Origin: Octopus sinensis
Taxonomy: Eukaryota
Direction of reading: 5' to 3'
Assembly: GCF_006345805.1 (NCBI RefSeq)
Contig: NC_043000.1
Coordinates: 52,576,001-52,640,000, forward strand
DNA length: 64,000 nucleotides
Below, one piece after another: positions 52,588 through 64,000 of the stretch; the stretch's first letter is position 1, and each line of letters begins with the position of its first letter. The position numbers and the translations under genes are program-made. A model generated the notes under the pieces. It saw only the letters and a program-made list of their open reading frames with translations, was not told the origin of the DNA and did not search any database.

Positions 52588-52590
<3 letters not shown>
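52262..52590 (+). mobile_element. ~330-bp (TA)n-flanked non-coding element carrying a hammerhead ribozyme (Penelope pseudo-LTR or retrozyme-like)
   Basis: Unique sequence bounded by (TA)n on both sides and containing the complete hammerhead below. Boundaries are approximate. Confidence 0.6.
52378..52450 (+). ncRNA. Type I hammerhead ribozyme motif
   Basis: Core CUGAUGA 52390-96. Stem II AGGG/CUUU with inner GGUUC/GAACU. GAAA 52423-26. Stem III AUCGG/CCGAU with a 2-nt loop. Cleavage triplet AUA (after 52438). Stem I UUAUCA/UGGUAA plus distal CCG/CGG. Confidence 0.78.
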
Positions 52591-52681
<91 letters not shown>

Positions 52682-53769
52682 CTATTTGGACTTTGGGAAT
52701 TTGTTTATTAGTATGTAGATTAAAGCTCATTCACTGTTTGGACTACCTGATGTCAACCACAGTTACGATATGATATTCACTGGACTACATCAGGAATTCC
52801 GCTGTATTTTGTGAAGTTATAATTGATGAAGGAAACGGAAGATGGATTTAGCACAAACTTGTATATGTTTCTTTATACGTGTGTCTAAAGATTCGTACTT
52901 AATCTATCATCCATTTCTTGCATCAAACAAACACACACACACAGACATGCCTGCCTGCCTTCCTGCCTGCCTACCTGCCTACCTACCTATATACATACAT
53001 ACACACATACATACAACCATACATAATTAGCAACCAAAAAGTAATCGTTTGATACAACGTGACATGGGAGCCTTTTTAGAACACCGGATACTGCGTTACT
53101 ATCCCCGAAAGATCCTAACAGCTAGGCGTCTAAAAGCATACACATACATCGAAGCAGACGAAATTTATCGGTCACGGGAACCAAAAATTTCATATCACGT
53201 TATTTCAGTCTATTGGACCCACTCAATAGGAAGTACCGCCTCCCTGATGCCAGTCAGAACACGTTGACGCGCTCTATAGAATTTCAGCATTGCCTGAAAC
53301 TCTGATTTCGCGAATAGCGAGCAAGGTATTTCAAGATAATTAATAGTGACAGAAGCAGTATTAATATCAGAAGGAATAAGTGGATACCTTGTTAGTGTAA
53401 ACCAAAAACCTTGGTGTTAAGTTAGAAATAAAACTTAGCATGTAAAAACTGCTAGAATGTATTAACCAACCTAAACATAAAGATATTAATTGAGAGGAGC
53501 GAGGTTCTTAATTGAAAGTCAACTGAAGAAACGCAATCAGCATTTATAACGCATGACAATAAATTGTATCGCACCTAATCTGTGAGGTAAAGAGCTGACG
53601 AGTTGAAACAGTTATGAATTGGAATAAAAATCTTGTGAATTCCATTTTCTGTCACCGATCTATGTATATAAAGTCCACGGCCACCAAGGAATAGGTTAAG
53701 TAGATGCAGTCGAATAAACATCCTTGCTGTTGGTAGCCTCAATTTAGAGTTCTCACACATCTGTCATTA

Positions 53770-53806
<37 letters not shown>

Positions 53807-54463
53807 ACACACTCACATATTTGTGTGTATGTATGTATGTATGTGTGTACATATATATGTAGATATATATACATATATATTTGCGTGTGTGCGTATATAT
53901 ATATATATATATATATGCATATACATATATATAAATACATATATATATATATGCATATATATACATATATATAAATATATACCATATATATGTATATATA
54001 CATATATATATATATCAATTCATCTTTTCATTTTCTTATATATAAATTTGTTTATGATTCTATTTCATTGATTTATTTGACATTTTTTCAAAGATAATAT
54101 TACCTGAAATTTCGAATATGCTAAATGTTTAAACAATTTCATATATTCTGATAACTGTGGCAACGTACATGAGTGATTTGCTATTAACTGTCTTCCTATT
54201 TCAGAGTAGGCCTAATTTGACTTGCAGTTGATAGTGGACGTTTGCTAGTCATAGTGACCACGGACGCAGAAATATGCATTTAGCAATTCCACTACGCCGG
54301 TAGAGAGTTAACATCTGCTACTGCCATGTTTCTGTGTTTTTCTTTTGTACTATACACCTATAGATGAAGTCAGTATTTTCCAGCTTTCTACAATATATCT
54401 TCGTCAAGTATAACATAAAAAATATTATTTGTAAATAGCATTTTATATTTCCCGACGTATATA

Positions 54464-54511
<48 letters not shown>

Positions 54512-54673
54512 CACAGGTAAAGACGTTGATGGAAAATAAGTTGGAAAACATAGTACTCGAATACTAATGGTAGAGTAATGTGGTATGTATTAAAGCTAAA
54601 AAACGTCTTCACTAACTGTTACTCAAAGGTTTGCAGCTTTAATAAATAGTGTATTAGTGTGTGTGTATGTGTG

Positions 54674-54708
<35 letters not shown>

Positions 54709-54769
54709 TAGAAGTCAAATTTTGTGGTATAATTGTCCATTCGAGTAAGGAGTTATTGCTGAATGAGTT

Positions 54770-55590
54770 GTATCAAGGTAAAAGAGGCTTATCTGATATA
54801 CCTTGAACACATTTGTTCAGATTCCGTTTAAAGGTGATGTGATCCTTTCTGATTGCTCCTAGTGCTCTTCAGTCCACCTTATGGAGGTTTATGTTTTCAA
54901 ATAAGTGTAGTGGAGTGGGATTGTCTGGTTTGGTTTTGATATGCCAGAAATTGAAGTTGTAGGGTCTTTTGCCATGGTCCAAGAGGAGAGTGTTTTTAAC
55001 TAAAATGCTATGAATGGAGCTAGAGTGGTTTGTTAATATTAGATACAAAGTCCTTTTATTCTGTCTTGCTGGTTCGAGTACTAACTGTGCCAGGAAAAAT
55101 TCATCAATAAGATTAAAGAGTAGTTCTGTTGCTGCTTTGTTTGGTGTAATACAGTTAGCTATCATCAGAGTATTTGTGGGCCAATTTATATGAGAGAGAT
55201 TAAAATCACCCACCACTAGTATGTTTTCGGAGTTGTATTTTTGAAAGAAAAATTTGATGTTGTTAAGGTGTTGTTCAAAGCACTTTCGGGAGCCTGTAGA
55301 GACCAACAATGGTAATGTCGTTGGCGTTGTTGAATAGTGATTGAATAGCCATTGAAAAACATATCCTTGGCATCAACTGCAAGATAGCCATTCCTATTTT
55401 ATTTCAGCCTGCACGGATGAAGGTGAAATCTTTTATTTTCAACCTGGCTACAATGTGAGTGCTGTTTCGGTGAATTTAAGTAAGGATAAAGAAAGGGATG
55501 CAGTGTGCGTTTCGGCAGGCCAACTTTCTATGTAAGAGATGCTCCAATTTTGGGCAGTGAGTAATGGGTTGATGCCACGTACATCTAGGA
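54770..55590 (-). mobile_element. CR1/L2-type LINE apurinic-like endonuclease domain (decayed)
   Basis: ORF 54869-55309 has GDFNLSHINW..FLAQLVLEPAR..LILTN..LDH. The upstream frame has DVRGINP..FTET. These are APE motifs. Confidence 0.75.
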
Positions 55591-55665
55591 GAAATGTCGA
55601 AGCAAAAGTAGTTTCAAGTTTGTATTGTTCTAAGTGCTTAGTTTCATGTGTTATGTTTATCAATA

Positions 55666-55800
55666 TCTATATATCTGAAATGCAAAAAGTTTGTTTGTCT
55701 GGGTTTGGCATTAGAACGGGTTAAAAGGTACTAGATCCCGTCGGATTGACTCCAAAATTTACAGGGACATGTAAAATGAGGAGAGGATGTTAGTGGGCTA
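55666..55800 (+). mobile_element. Helitron-like 5' segment (paralogue of 22594-22722)
   Basis: Direct alignment; A|TC start. Confidence 0.6.
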
Positions 55801-55860
55801 TATATACATATATTCGTAATAGTTTGTTTCCAACTTAATGTGGTAGTCCCAGGAAGGCTA

Positions 55861-56411
55861 TGTACTTAAGTTTTGAAAGAGGGGAGATAAGCACCTCCAC
55901 CCAACAAACACAGCATCAAAGACTAGTTTCAGTGTAGTTGCCCTTCATCAGTCTGGAGTAGCTTGGCTTTGCGAGCTGTTGGTGCTAAATCGCTGTTGAT
56001 AACTTGTAGAATTTCAAGTGAAATAAATTCACTGATCTACAAAATAAGAAATATCTTTCAGAGCGAGTTGTGATGGGAAGAATGCTACTCCTATTTATCC
56101 CCCAAGAAACACTGTTTCGAGTTGGCTACGGGACACAAACGTTCTATGTCTTTAACTTTTCAAACAGGGCAGAAACTAGTTTCTAGATGCTGGCTTTGCT
56201 GGATGGAGGTGCTTAACTCCCCTGTTTGATAACTTAAGGACACAAAACGGTTGTGTCACGTAGCCAACTAGACAGGGTGTTTCTTGGGGCTAAAGAGCAG
56301 TAGCATTCTTCCCTTTTCTGGTACTCTCACCTTGGGTTGGCAACAAAACATCAATTTTATCGTGTATAACTCTCTCTCTAGAGAGAGATTTAGAAATACA
56401 GTATTTCTAAT

Positions 56412-56412
<1 letters not shown>
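55861..56412. mobile_element. Tandem-plus-inverted cluster of a hammerhead-bearing repeat unit
   Basis: 56075-56169 is an inverted copy of 56220-56313. 55865-55930 is an inverted copy of 56172-56236. The cluster ends in two perfect palindromes and (TA)n. Confidence 0.8.
55917..55955 (-). ncRNA. Minimal type I hammerhead ribozyme motif
   Basis: Minus strand reads CAGA-CUGAUGA-AGGG-CAACUA-CACU-GAAA-CUAG-UC-UUUG. Stem II has one mismatch, stem III is the palindrome ACUAGU, the cleavage triplet is GUC, and stem I is 4 bp. Confidence 0.68.
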
Positions 56413-56443
<31 letters not shown>

Positions 56444-56520
56444 ATGTATGTGCGTATGTATGTATGTATGTATATATAATATATATATATATTATATATA
56501 TATGTATATGTATATGTATT

Positions 56521-56580
<60 letters not shown>

Positions 56581-56581
56581 A

Positions 56582-56623
<42 letters not shown>

Positions 56624-56659
56624 TAATAAATATATGTATGAATGTATGTATATGCGTAT

Positions 56660-56698
<39 letters not shown>

Positions 56699-56760
56699 TG
56701 ATAAGGCAACAATAGAATGAAAGAGACCTCGATATTATGTAAATAGAGAGATTTTATATG

Positions 56761-57019
56761 TAAATGTATATGTAACAATTATTTGGTAGCCATGATAAAA
56801 TTCCGAGTTTCGGATGTCAAGGTGGAAATCCACGCCGCCATCTCTTTAGTTATCCGGCCATCGGATTCATAGCATTTTTTCAAATATACGGCCATCGGAT
56901 TCAAAGCATTTTTTCCGATGGCCGGACAACTGAAGAGATGGCGGTGTGCATTTCCACCCCGACATCGGAAACACGGAGTTTTATTATGGCTACCGAATAA
57001 TTGTCACATATTACATTTA
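56761..57019. mobile_element. Fold-back MITE with ~105-bp terminal inverted repeats and probable TA TSD
   Basis: 56761-56865 is an inverted copy of 56914-57019 with about a dozen differences. TA at both ends. The spacer holds a direct repeat CGGCCATCGGATTCA.AGCATTTTTTC. Confidence 0.85.
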
Positions 57020-57031
57020 TGCACCCATATC

Positions 57032-57099
<68 letters not shown>

Positions 57100-60000
57100 C
57101 ATATGTGTGTGTGCGCGTGTGTGTGTGTGCAGAGTGTAAATGAGAGAGATATTCGCAATGTACTTATGTCATTAAGTCATCTCTGCAACCATAAACTCTC
57201 TCACATCTGTATTGATTATTTCTCAGTCTTTTTATAATCTATTTACATACTTAGTCCAAATGACATTAGTTACCACGTCATCTAGCGATGAAAAAATTAA
57301 AACGAATGTTATATACTTCCCTTTTCCCGTGTGATTATTTTTGTGTTAAGGATGTTAAGATATTAATGTAGTTATACAGCGTATAGTGTATATACTGAAT
57401 ACATAATACTAACTAGAAAAGGCTCTTTTGTTGTAATAGTTGATATTTAGGCCAGGCCAGCCCTGATTTAGGAGACTTTTGATGAAATACTTCCGGTGCG
57501 TGTCAACCATTTATTTATGGAAATAACTGAACTTTATCTACTTAATTCAATGCATCATTATATTTTTCTTGTTTAGATGGTGTTGGTATTTGTGGAATAG
57601 TGTTCGTCGTAATATGATGAACATTTGTTAAGAATATTTGACAGAACGTGCATGAATTTAGCTCTTCTGTCTTGATAAATTTGTTGAAATATGGAGGACA
57701 TATGCGAGTAGTAGGATTTTGTCCGTAATTTTGATCTATGAAGACATAAATGTTAGATATACCGTGAGTGAGAATAGGAAAAAAGAAAAGAACACGATTG
57801 ACATAGAGTTAAAACGACTGACATGAAAAAGAGATGTCAGCAAAACTATGGTAAAAATATTGAGATAAATATTCAGAAAAATATATGTAAAAGAACTTTT
57901 TTTTTAGAGACAAAGAAGGACAGTAGAAAAGATAGAGATTGATGGGAGGAGAAAATGAGAGAGGAAGAGAGGGAGCGAAAAAGAGACAGACAGACAAGGC
58001 TGATTTTCTAAAGCCAATAATCGAATGACTCAACGCCAATATAATACTGCTCATTATTTTACCGACTTCAGATGGATGAAAGCACAACTCAATCCTCTAA
58101 TAATGTTAGAAACGAAGTGTGCAGAAAAACCGAAAAAGATATGTGTTTATGCGTGTGTATATATATATATATATATATATGTGTATGCGTGTGCGTATGC
58201 GTGTGCGTATGCGTGTGCGTATGTGTGTGTCTGCGTGGATTTTTCTATATGCGTTTATATATGTATATGTATGCATATATGTATAAACATGTATATGCTT
58301 TGTATAAATATCTATACACATATACGTGCACATTTATGATCATATGTGTTTGTGTGTGTATAAATAAATATTTGTATGTTCCTGTGTAGTTATGCATATA
58401 TTTGTAAGAGAGAGAGAGAGATGGAGAGAGAAAAAGAGAAAGAGTGACATAAAGAGAGAGAGGAGGAGAGAAAGTGAGAGCGGAGGAGGACAGGAAATGG
58501 AGAAGACGAAGGAATTAGAGGATAATGGATAGAGAGAAAAAGAATATTGAAGTATAGTGCTACAACGAATGATTATAAATGAAAACATCTGTTAGTTGAT
58601 TTAGTGTTTTGCCGCTAGTAGAACATCAAAAGACTAATATTTCTTGCTATTAGGTTCGTTTCAGTGGTTTGGTCATCTTTGTATCAAAGAAAACTGGAAG
58701 GAAAAAAAACATGTTGTTAGTAGTAGAGTCCGCACCAAACCTTTAGACTTGTCATATAATAGCGAAAACTTGTTATACTTCCTTTTCTTAGAAGTTTAAT
58801 TTAAACACTGCATCGTTGTTCAGCGCATTTTGTGTTTGTTTACGTCTGGATTACATACATGACGAGAAAGTAATATACGTGAGCATCGCAGAGTGAGTAA
58901 CGTTTACTGTGACAGAGAACTAAATCTAGTATTTAATTTCGATTCCTAGGTAGCCCTATTTAATAACACGTTTGTCTATAATACCTCCCCACGCGCTGCT
59001 GTAATAACATAAATGACATGTAAATATGCTTATAGTGAAACATAACCTAGGGGACATATTTGATTGAAGAAGGCAGTGATAAATTATTTAAGAGTTAACT
59101 TGGAACTCCGTGGTAGAATGATACTTATACTAATGTTGAGACAATGCAATTTTGAATACAAAAATGATGCAACGTATTGTAATACGTTTTTTAATTTCCT
59201 TTCAATATTGCTGCCATCTTCACTTTCAGACGACATCTTCAGCCATATCACTTTCGCATATCTTTCCATATGTTTTCTTAGTGTAAGACGGTATCTTCCC
59301 CTTGAACCGACTTCTAGATTGTATGTAGTCTTTGGAAGAGAGGATACTTCTGGAAAGGCATCAATATCAAAAGAGACCGCACCTTAAGGAAGCGACGCAA
59401 ATAACAAGTAACGTAGTCATGGCTTTATCGAAGAAGACGGAATGGCCTTCGTTGGATTGCCTGTCGAGCTGAAATCTAAACAACGGCACCAAGAATACTA
59501 GCAACAACATGGACATCACAATCTATCATGTCGACATCTATTTGATTTACGTAACACCATTATTATTAATGATCAAAACCCTGTAATAAAGTTTTAACTT
59601 CATTTATACGTGAATATCGTGACGAGAAAATAAAAAAAGCTAAACAACATTAATTCATATAACAAATATGAAAGCGAATCAAAGATAAATGTACATAGGA
59701 AGTCGCTCATATAATATCATATAGAGAACTCAGAAAACATGCATATACAATATTGAAGTCTATAGCTGCACACATATACACATACAGGCAGATCTACTGA
59801 TAAATACCAATATATTAAAATGACACTCCATGAACTTATTTTCATTTTTAGTATTTTGTCGGAATATGTTTACTGTCGTATCGCGCCAAAGATAATGCTT
59901 TTAATTGGATTATATGTTTTTAAATGTCATAACTGAAAGCAACTTCCCTATCTCATTAAACATTTATCAACCATAATCATATTGAATATGCACTTTATTT

Positions 60001-60118
60001 TTCTACTGTACTTTGAACATAGGAAATCATATTTTCTACTGAAGCGAAATCGCTCAATGAAAGTTGTATTAAATTACTTCTTCATGTCTCCTAAATGGTT
60101 ATGTATGTATATGTATAT

Positions 60119-60166
<48 letters not shown>

Positions 60167-60474
60167 TTATTTTTTAAAGCAAGTAGCTTAATTCTTCATT
60201 ATAGCTAGGACTGGAATGGATAACAAGTATTCTGTTAAAATTACCTTGCTTCCTTGTCAAGAGAAAAAAAAAACAGAAATCAAATTCGTGTGATTTGAGA
60301 TTTCAGAACATGTAAAAAATTTCCAAATTTATACAACGTCATCCACAAATACTGATTGAAAACATTTTGTAAAAATATAAGAGTCCCACGCCACTCTTGG
60401 AAATGTCAAAACGTCAAATGTTAAATATTTAAAATTATACAGCCACCACAGCTCTATCAGGCTGAACAATTTCA

Positions 60475-60740
60475 TCCACCTTCTCCTGAACAACAATATA
60501 TTCCGCCTTCTCCTCCTGTCCATGCTCCACCCCTCCTCCTCCTCGTCCTCCACCACCACCGCCTTCTCCTCCTTCGCTTTCTCCCCTCATCCTCCTTCTC
60601 TTCTTCCATCCTTCGCATCATCCCATGCTCCTCCTCCGCCATTCCCCTTCCTGCTTCCCACCTCCCCTCCTCTTCTCCATCTCCCAACTCCTCCTTCTCC
60701 CCTTCTCCTCTCCTCCTCCTCCTCGTCACCATCATCTGCC
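60475..60740 (+). repeat. Long (CCT/CTT)-rich polypyrimidine tract
   Basis: Directly visible. It explains the P/S-rich and E/R-rich ORFs. Confidence 0.9.
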
Positions 60741-62475
60741 GGAGAAATAACATTCATACAAGCTTCAACAATTGTAATTCTTACTACTTCATACCAAATT
60801 CCTTGCGTGTTGAATCAAAGTGCAATAATATAATTCCGGAAACATACCTACAACGATTATAAACCTAGACAAAATGAAAAAAAAAGCAGCTGAAAATGAA
60901 TGCCAGACATGTAACTAGGTAAAATTAGATGAAGATTTTTATGATATAAAGCGGTAAAATGATTAATGAGTTTTCTTTCTTCAAAGCAGATAACATTTTG
61001 TAGTACTTGTGAAAATTCCACGACTCATATTTGGGTCACCCATTAAAATCTTTTCACCAGGTATGACATTTGGTTATTTACAGTAATATCCCATCATCTT
61101 GTTGATGAATTATTGATTCTGGTAAGCTGATACGCTGAGAGTTGCGTTACATATTACATATTCTCATGGGTGCTGTACATACCTCACGGTATCATATTTA
61201 TGGTGCAATACAGTCATTTAATGAAAATTGTAGCAGTAACATTGTCATCCATTCGTCGGTTTCCATGATTTTACGATACACTTAAGGTTCCATGCATCTT
61301 TGGATAGTATTAGAATTGTGGATTATCAAACACCAGCGAGCTTTCTTTCAGCGATGTATTATGTGCTATGGTAATAGACAGCTTAAATGTCTTATAGGGT
61401 CAATCTGACGTGCGCCATTTTGATATATCTGGTTCCTTACTGGATCCTTTTGTTAAAATATATCTCTCTCTTCCCTCTGTCTGTCTGTCTGTTTCCCTAT
61501 TCTGTCAACATATATATACAAACACACACATACATATGATATATATAGCTATACATTCATACTATAGTCACACACACACAGACATACACATATATATATA
61601 TAATCAACATAAGCAACAAGGATATCCAGAGGTAACGGTAATGTTGCTTATTTTGATTATAATCACCCTATTTTGAATTATATGGATTATATAGATAATA
61701 CCATACTAAATTCTGGTGCCCTTAACTTAAGTACCTTATTCAACTGAATCTAAATTTTACTGAACTGATATATATATATATATGGTGGGGGTGAGTTTCT
61801 TACAAGTGCGTGCCGATACACCTCCCGAATTTTCAAATATATGAATACATATAAAAATTACCATTTGATGTTTAGACGTTAGGATATTAACATTTTAAAG
61901 TACCATTTAAAATGTATGAAAATCAATATAAAATAAAGATATAAATATATAAATTGATCGAAGCTGCATGTTTTACACTTTAATTCACTTGCGTATGCAA
62001 GAAATGTAATTGAATAATTAAAATTTCTTTTTTTTTTTCGCTATCATTGGAATGTTTCAACGTTTGTTTGTATCACTGCCTATTTATGAACAACAGCCGC
62101 ATGCTGATTTTCTGGTGTCTGCATTTCCCTCTGTACATTCAGATCTGTTCACAATTGTGTCCACTTACGCGCAATACTTAATTCAAATATTCTAAAAGCA
62201 CCATAGTATCCTTCGGATTTTGTTTGTGTCTCAGTTTCAGTTATTCGCCCGCACCATCTTCCCTACACCAGTAGACTACATATCTTGAGCGTCAAACAAC
62301 ATACATTTCCATCGTATATTCTAGATATCGTTGAATGCAACAGATTTTATTGATGTCTTCTATGGCTTCTGTAACCTCAGGCTGCATTTTTTTTTATTTC
62401 TTCACCAAACTTTATTAGAAAGTTCTTTTCAAAATAATTCTTTCGCTTCAACGTTTACAATTAGGTTAATCATGG

Positions 62476-62605
62476 CTATGTGGTTAAGAACTTTTCTTCA
62501 CTACTAAATAGTTCTAGGTTCTGTTTCATTAGAGGATACCTAGAGAAAATGTTATCTACTTCCAGGGCCACCAAGAGAAATTTTGCAAGACGGTACATCT
62601 CTCAG
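62476..62605 (+). mobile_element. Very old SINE family 1 head
   Basis: GGCTATGTGGTTAAGAA..GGTTC..GCAAGACGG resembles the family 1 head. Confidence 0.45.
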
Positions 62606-63013
62606 GATGTAGATAGATACTCTTGGTCCCATCATATGCTTATACAACAAGGTCTACAATAATTAATAATAAATACTAATAAAAAGTGTCGCGTGATAAC
62701 TATAATGATGTTAGTGTATGTGATTGTGAGTGTTGGGCTGGGGGTAGTAGAAAGTGCTTGTTTTAAAGGAGAGATGGCTGTTGCATGATAGTTTTAGGGT
62801 ACCCTTTAGCTCTTGGGCCCCAGAAAACCGGCTACTCCACGTCTCAGAGGTCCTGCAGTTAAAGTAGACTACATTAACTCCTAGCCGATGTATGTTTTCT
62901 GAGTGATTTGGTTGAGGGAAATTGTGCAAAAACCCCTTAGTCTACATATGTGTCTATCTGTCTGTCTGTCTCTCTCACTGTACATACATATACATATACA
63001 TACATACATGCAT

Positions 63014-63097
<84 letters not shown>

Positions 63098-63103
<6 letters not shown>

Positions 63104-63790
63104 CATGCCATAAATAATACTGTTTTTTAAAATTATGATAAACAGATTCCTTTTTTAATCTAAAATATACTTCCTTTCATTTTCTACAATGCTCTTCTAT
63201 CTATGTGATAGATTTACTTGGCAGACGGAAAATACTCCTCCAGTACTGTTGTGACCTCGTCTACAGAATTAATATTTTTTCCGTCCAAATGATTTTGATA
63301 AATGCGGAAAAAAATGATAATCAGACGAGGCAATGTCTGGCGAAGATGGTGGGTGGGGCATCGTTTCCCATCTAAACTGCTCCAGCCTTTGGCATGTCAT
63401 CCTCGCTGTATGCGGCCGAACATTAGACATGATAAGTTTCTGAGAAACCCATTGACCCAAATTCTGACTTCTCCAATTGCACGCAGGTGGTGATAGATGG
63501 TTGAATCACCAAACCCAAGCTTTTCTGCTAGCTCTTCGACAGTTTCATTGGGATTTTGTTCCATCAGGTTCTGCAGGACGTCATCGTCGAGCTTTACAGA
63601 TCTTCCAGGATGTGGCTCATCTTTCATGCTGTAGTTTCCGGCTCTGAATTTCTGGAACCACTGCTGACACTGGCTTACGCTTATTGTCCGATCCCAGTAT
63701 ACTGCAATGATATTCCTCGCACTTTCCGTTTCGTGGTTGCCTTTATTGTAGGCATAAAGCAAAATATGCTCAATATGCGCCTTTGAAAAA
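63098..63790 (-). mobile_element. Internally deleted mariner element
   Basis: HTH region (HILLY..WFQKFRAG..DEPHPGRS..TVEELAEKLG), then WVSQKL fused to SNVRPH, then HPPSSPDIASSDYHFF. Probable TIR TA|GGGTCATGCCATAAATAAT at 63098. The other TIR was not found in the window. Confidence 0.88.
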
Positions 63791-64000
63791 ATAACTGTCG
63801 ACATAAAACTGCACCCTTCAAAACTTGCACTAAAAATAAGACCATGTAGAAGGAAGGAACAAGAGTCAACCGGACATATACAGTGATTGTCGAACACATT
63901 AGATTCACGCAGAGTGGTGATAATTTTAAATGGAAAAATAGGAGGTGAAATGTCGCTTGCAGCATCGTTTTTCGTCGGATGGAGGAAATAGTCAAGATGA

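Overview
AT-rich, microsatellite-saturated eukaryotic non-coding DNA. It is most likely a cephalopod (Octopus-type) intron or intergenic region; this is inferred from recalled SINE/LINE family resemblance and was not checked by search. I found no host protein-coding gene, tRNA, rRNA or CRISPR array that I can support. Most listed short ORFs are translations of microsatellites. The window is dominated by mobile DNA. (i) Two near-identical, apparently full-length ~4.25-kb R4/Dong-clade RLE-type non-LTR retrotransposons (6253-10507, 41861-46107) carry complementary frameshifts that together rebuild one ~1,295-1,303-codon ORF (Myb-like, RT, CCHC, restriction-like endonuclease). Three older or truncated relatives are also present; all five are on the + strand and sit in or near (TAA)n. 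(ii) A decayed Penelope-like element (RT + GIY-YIG) and several small microsatellite-flanked elements carry hammerhead ribozyme motifs, two of them structurally complete (52378-52450 +, 55917-55955 -). (iii) There are non-autonomous Helitrons, tRNA-derived SINEs including a Nin-domain copy, mariner/Tc1, L1/Tx1, CR1-like and possible Gypsy relics, a fold-back MITE, and an unclassified ~530-bp element in three copies. The most notable observations are the hammerhead-bearing retrozyme-like units, the reconstructable Dong element, and a perfect 124-bp inverted templated insertion into an old LINE. All alignments and counts were done by eye.
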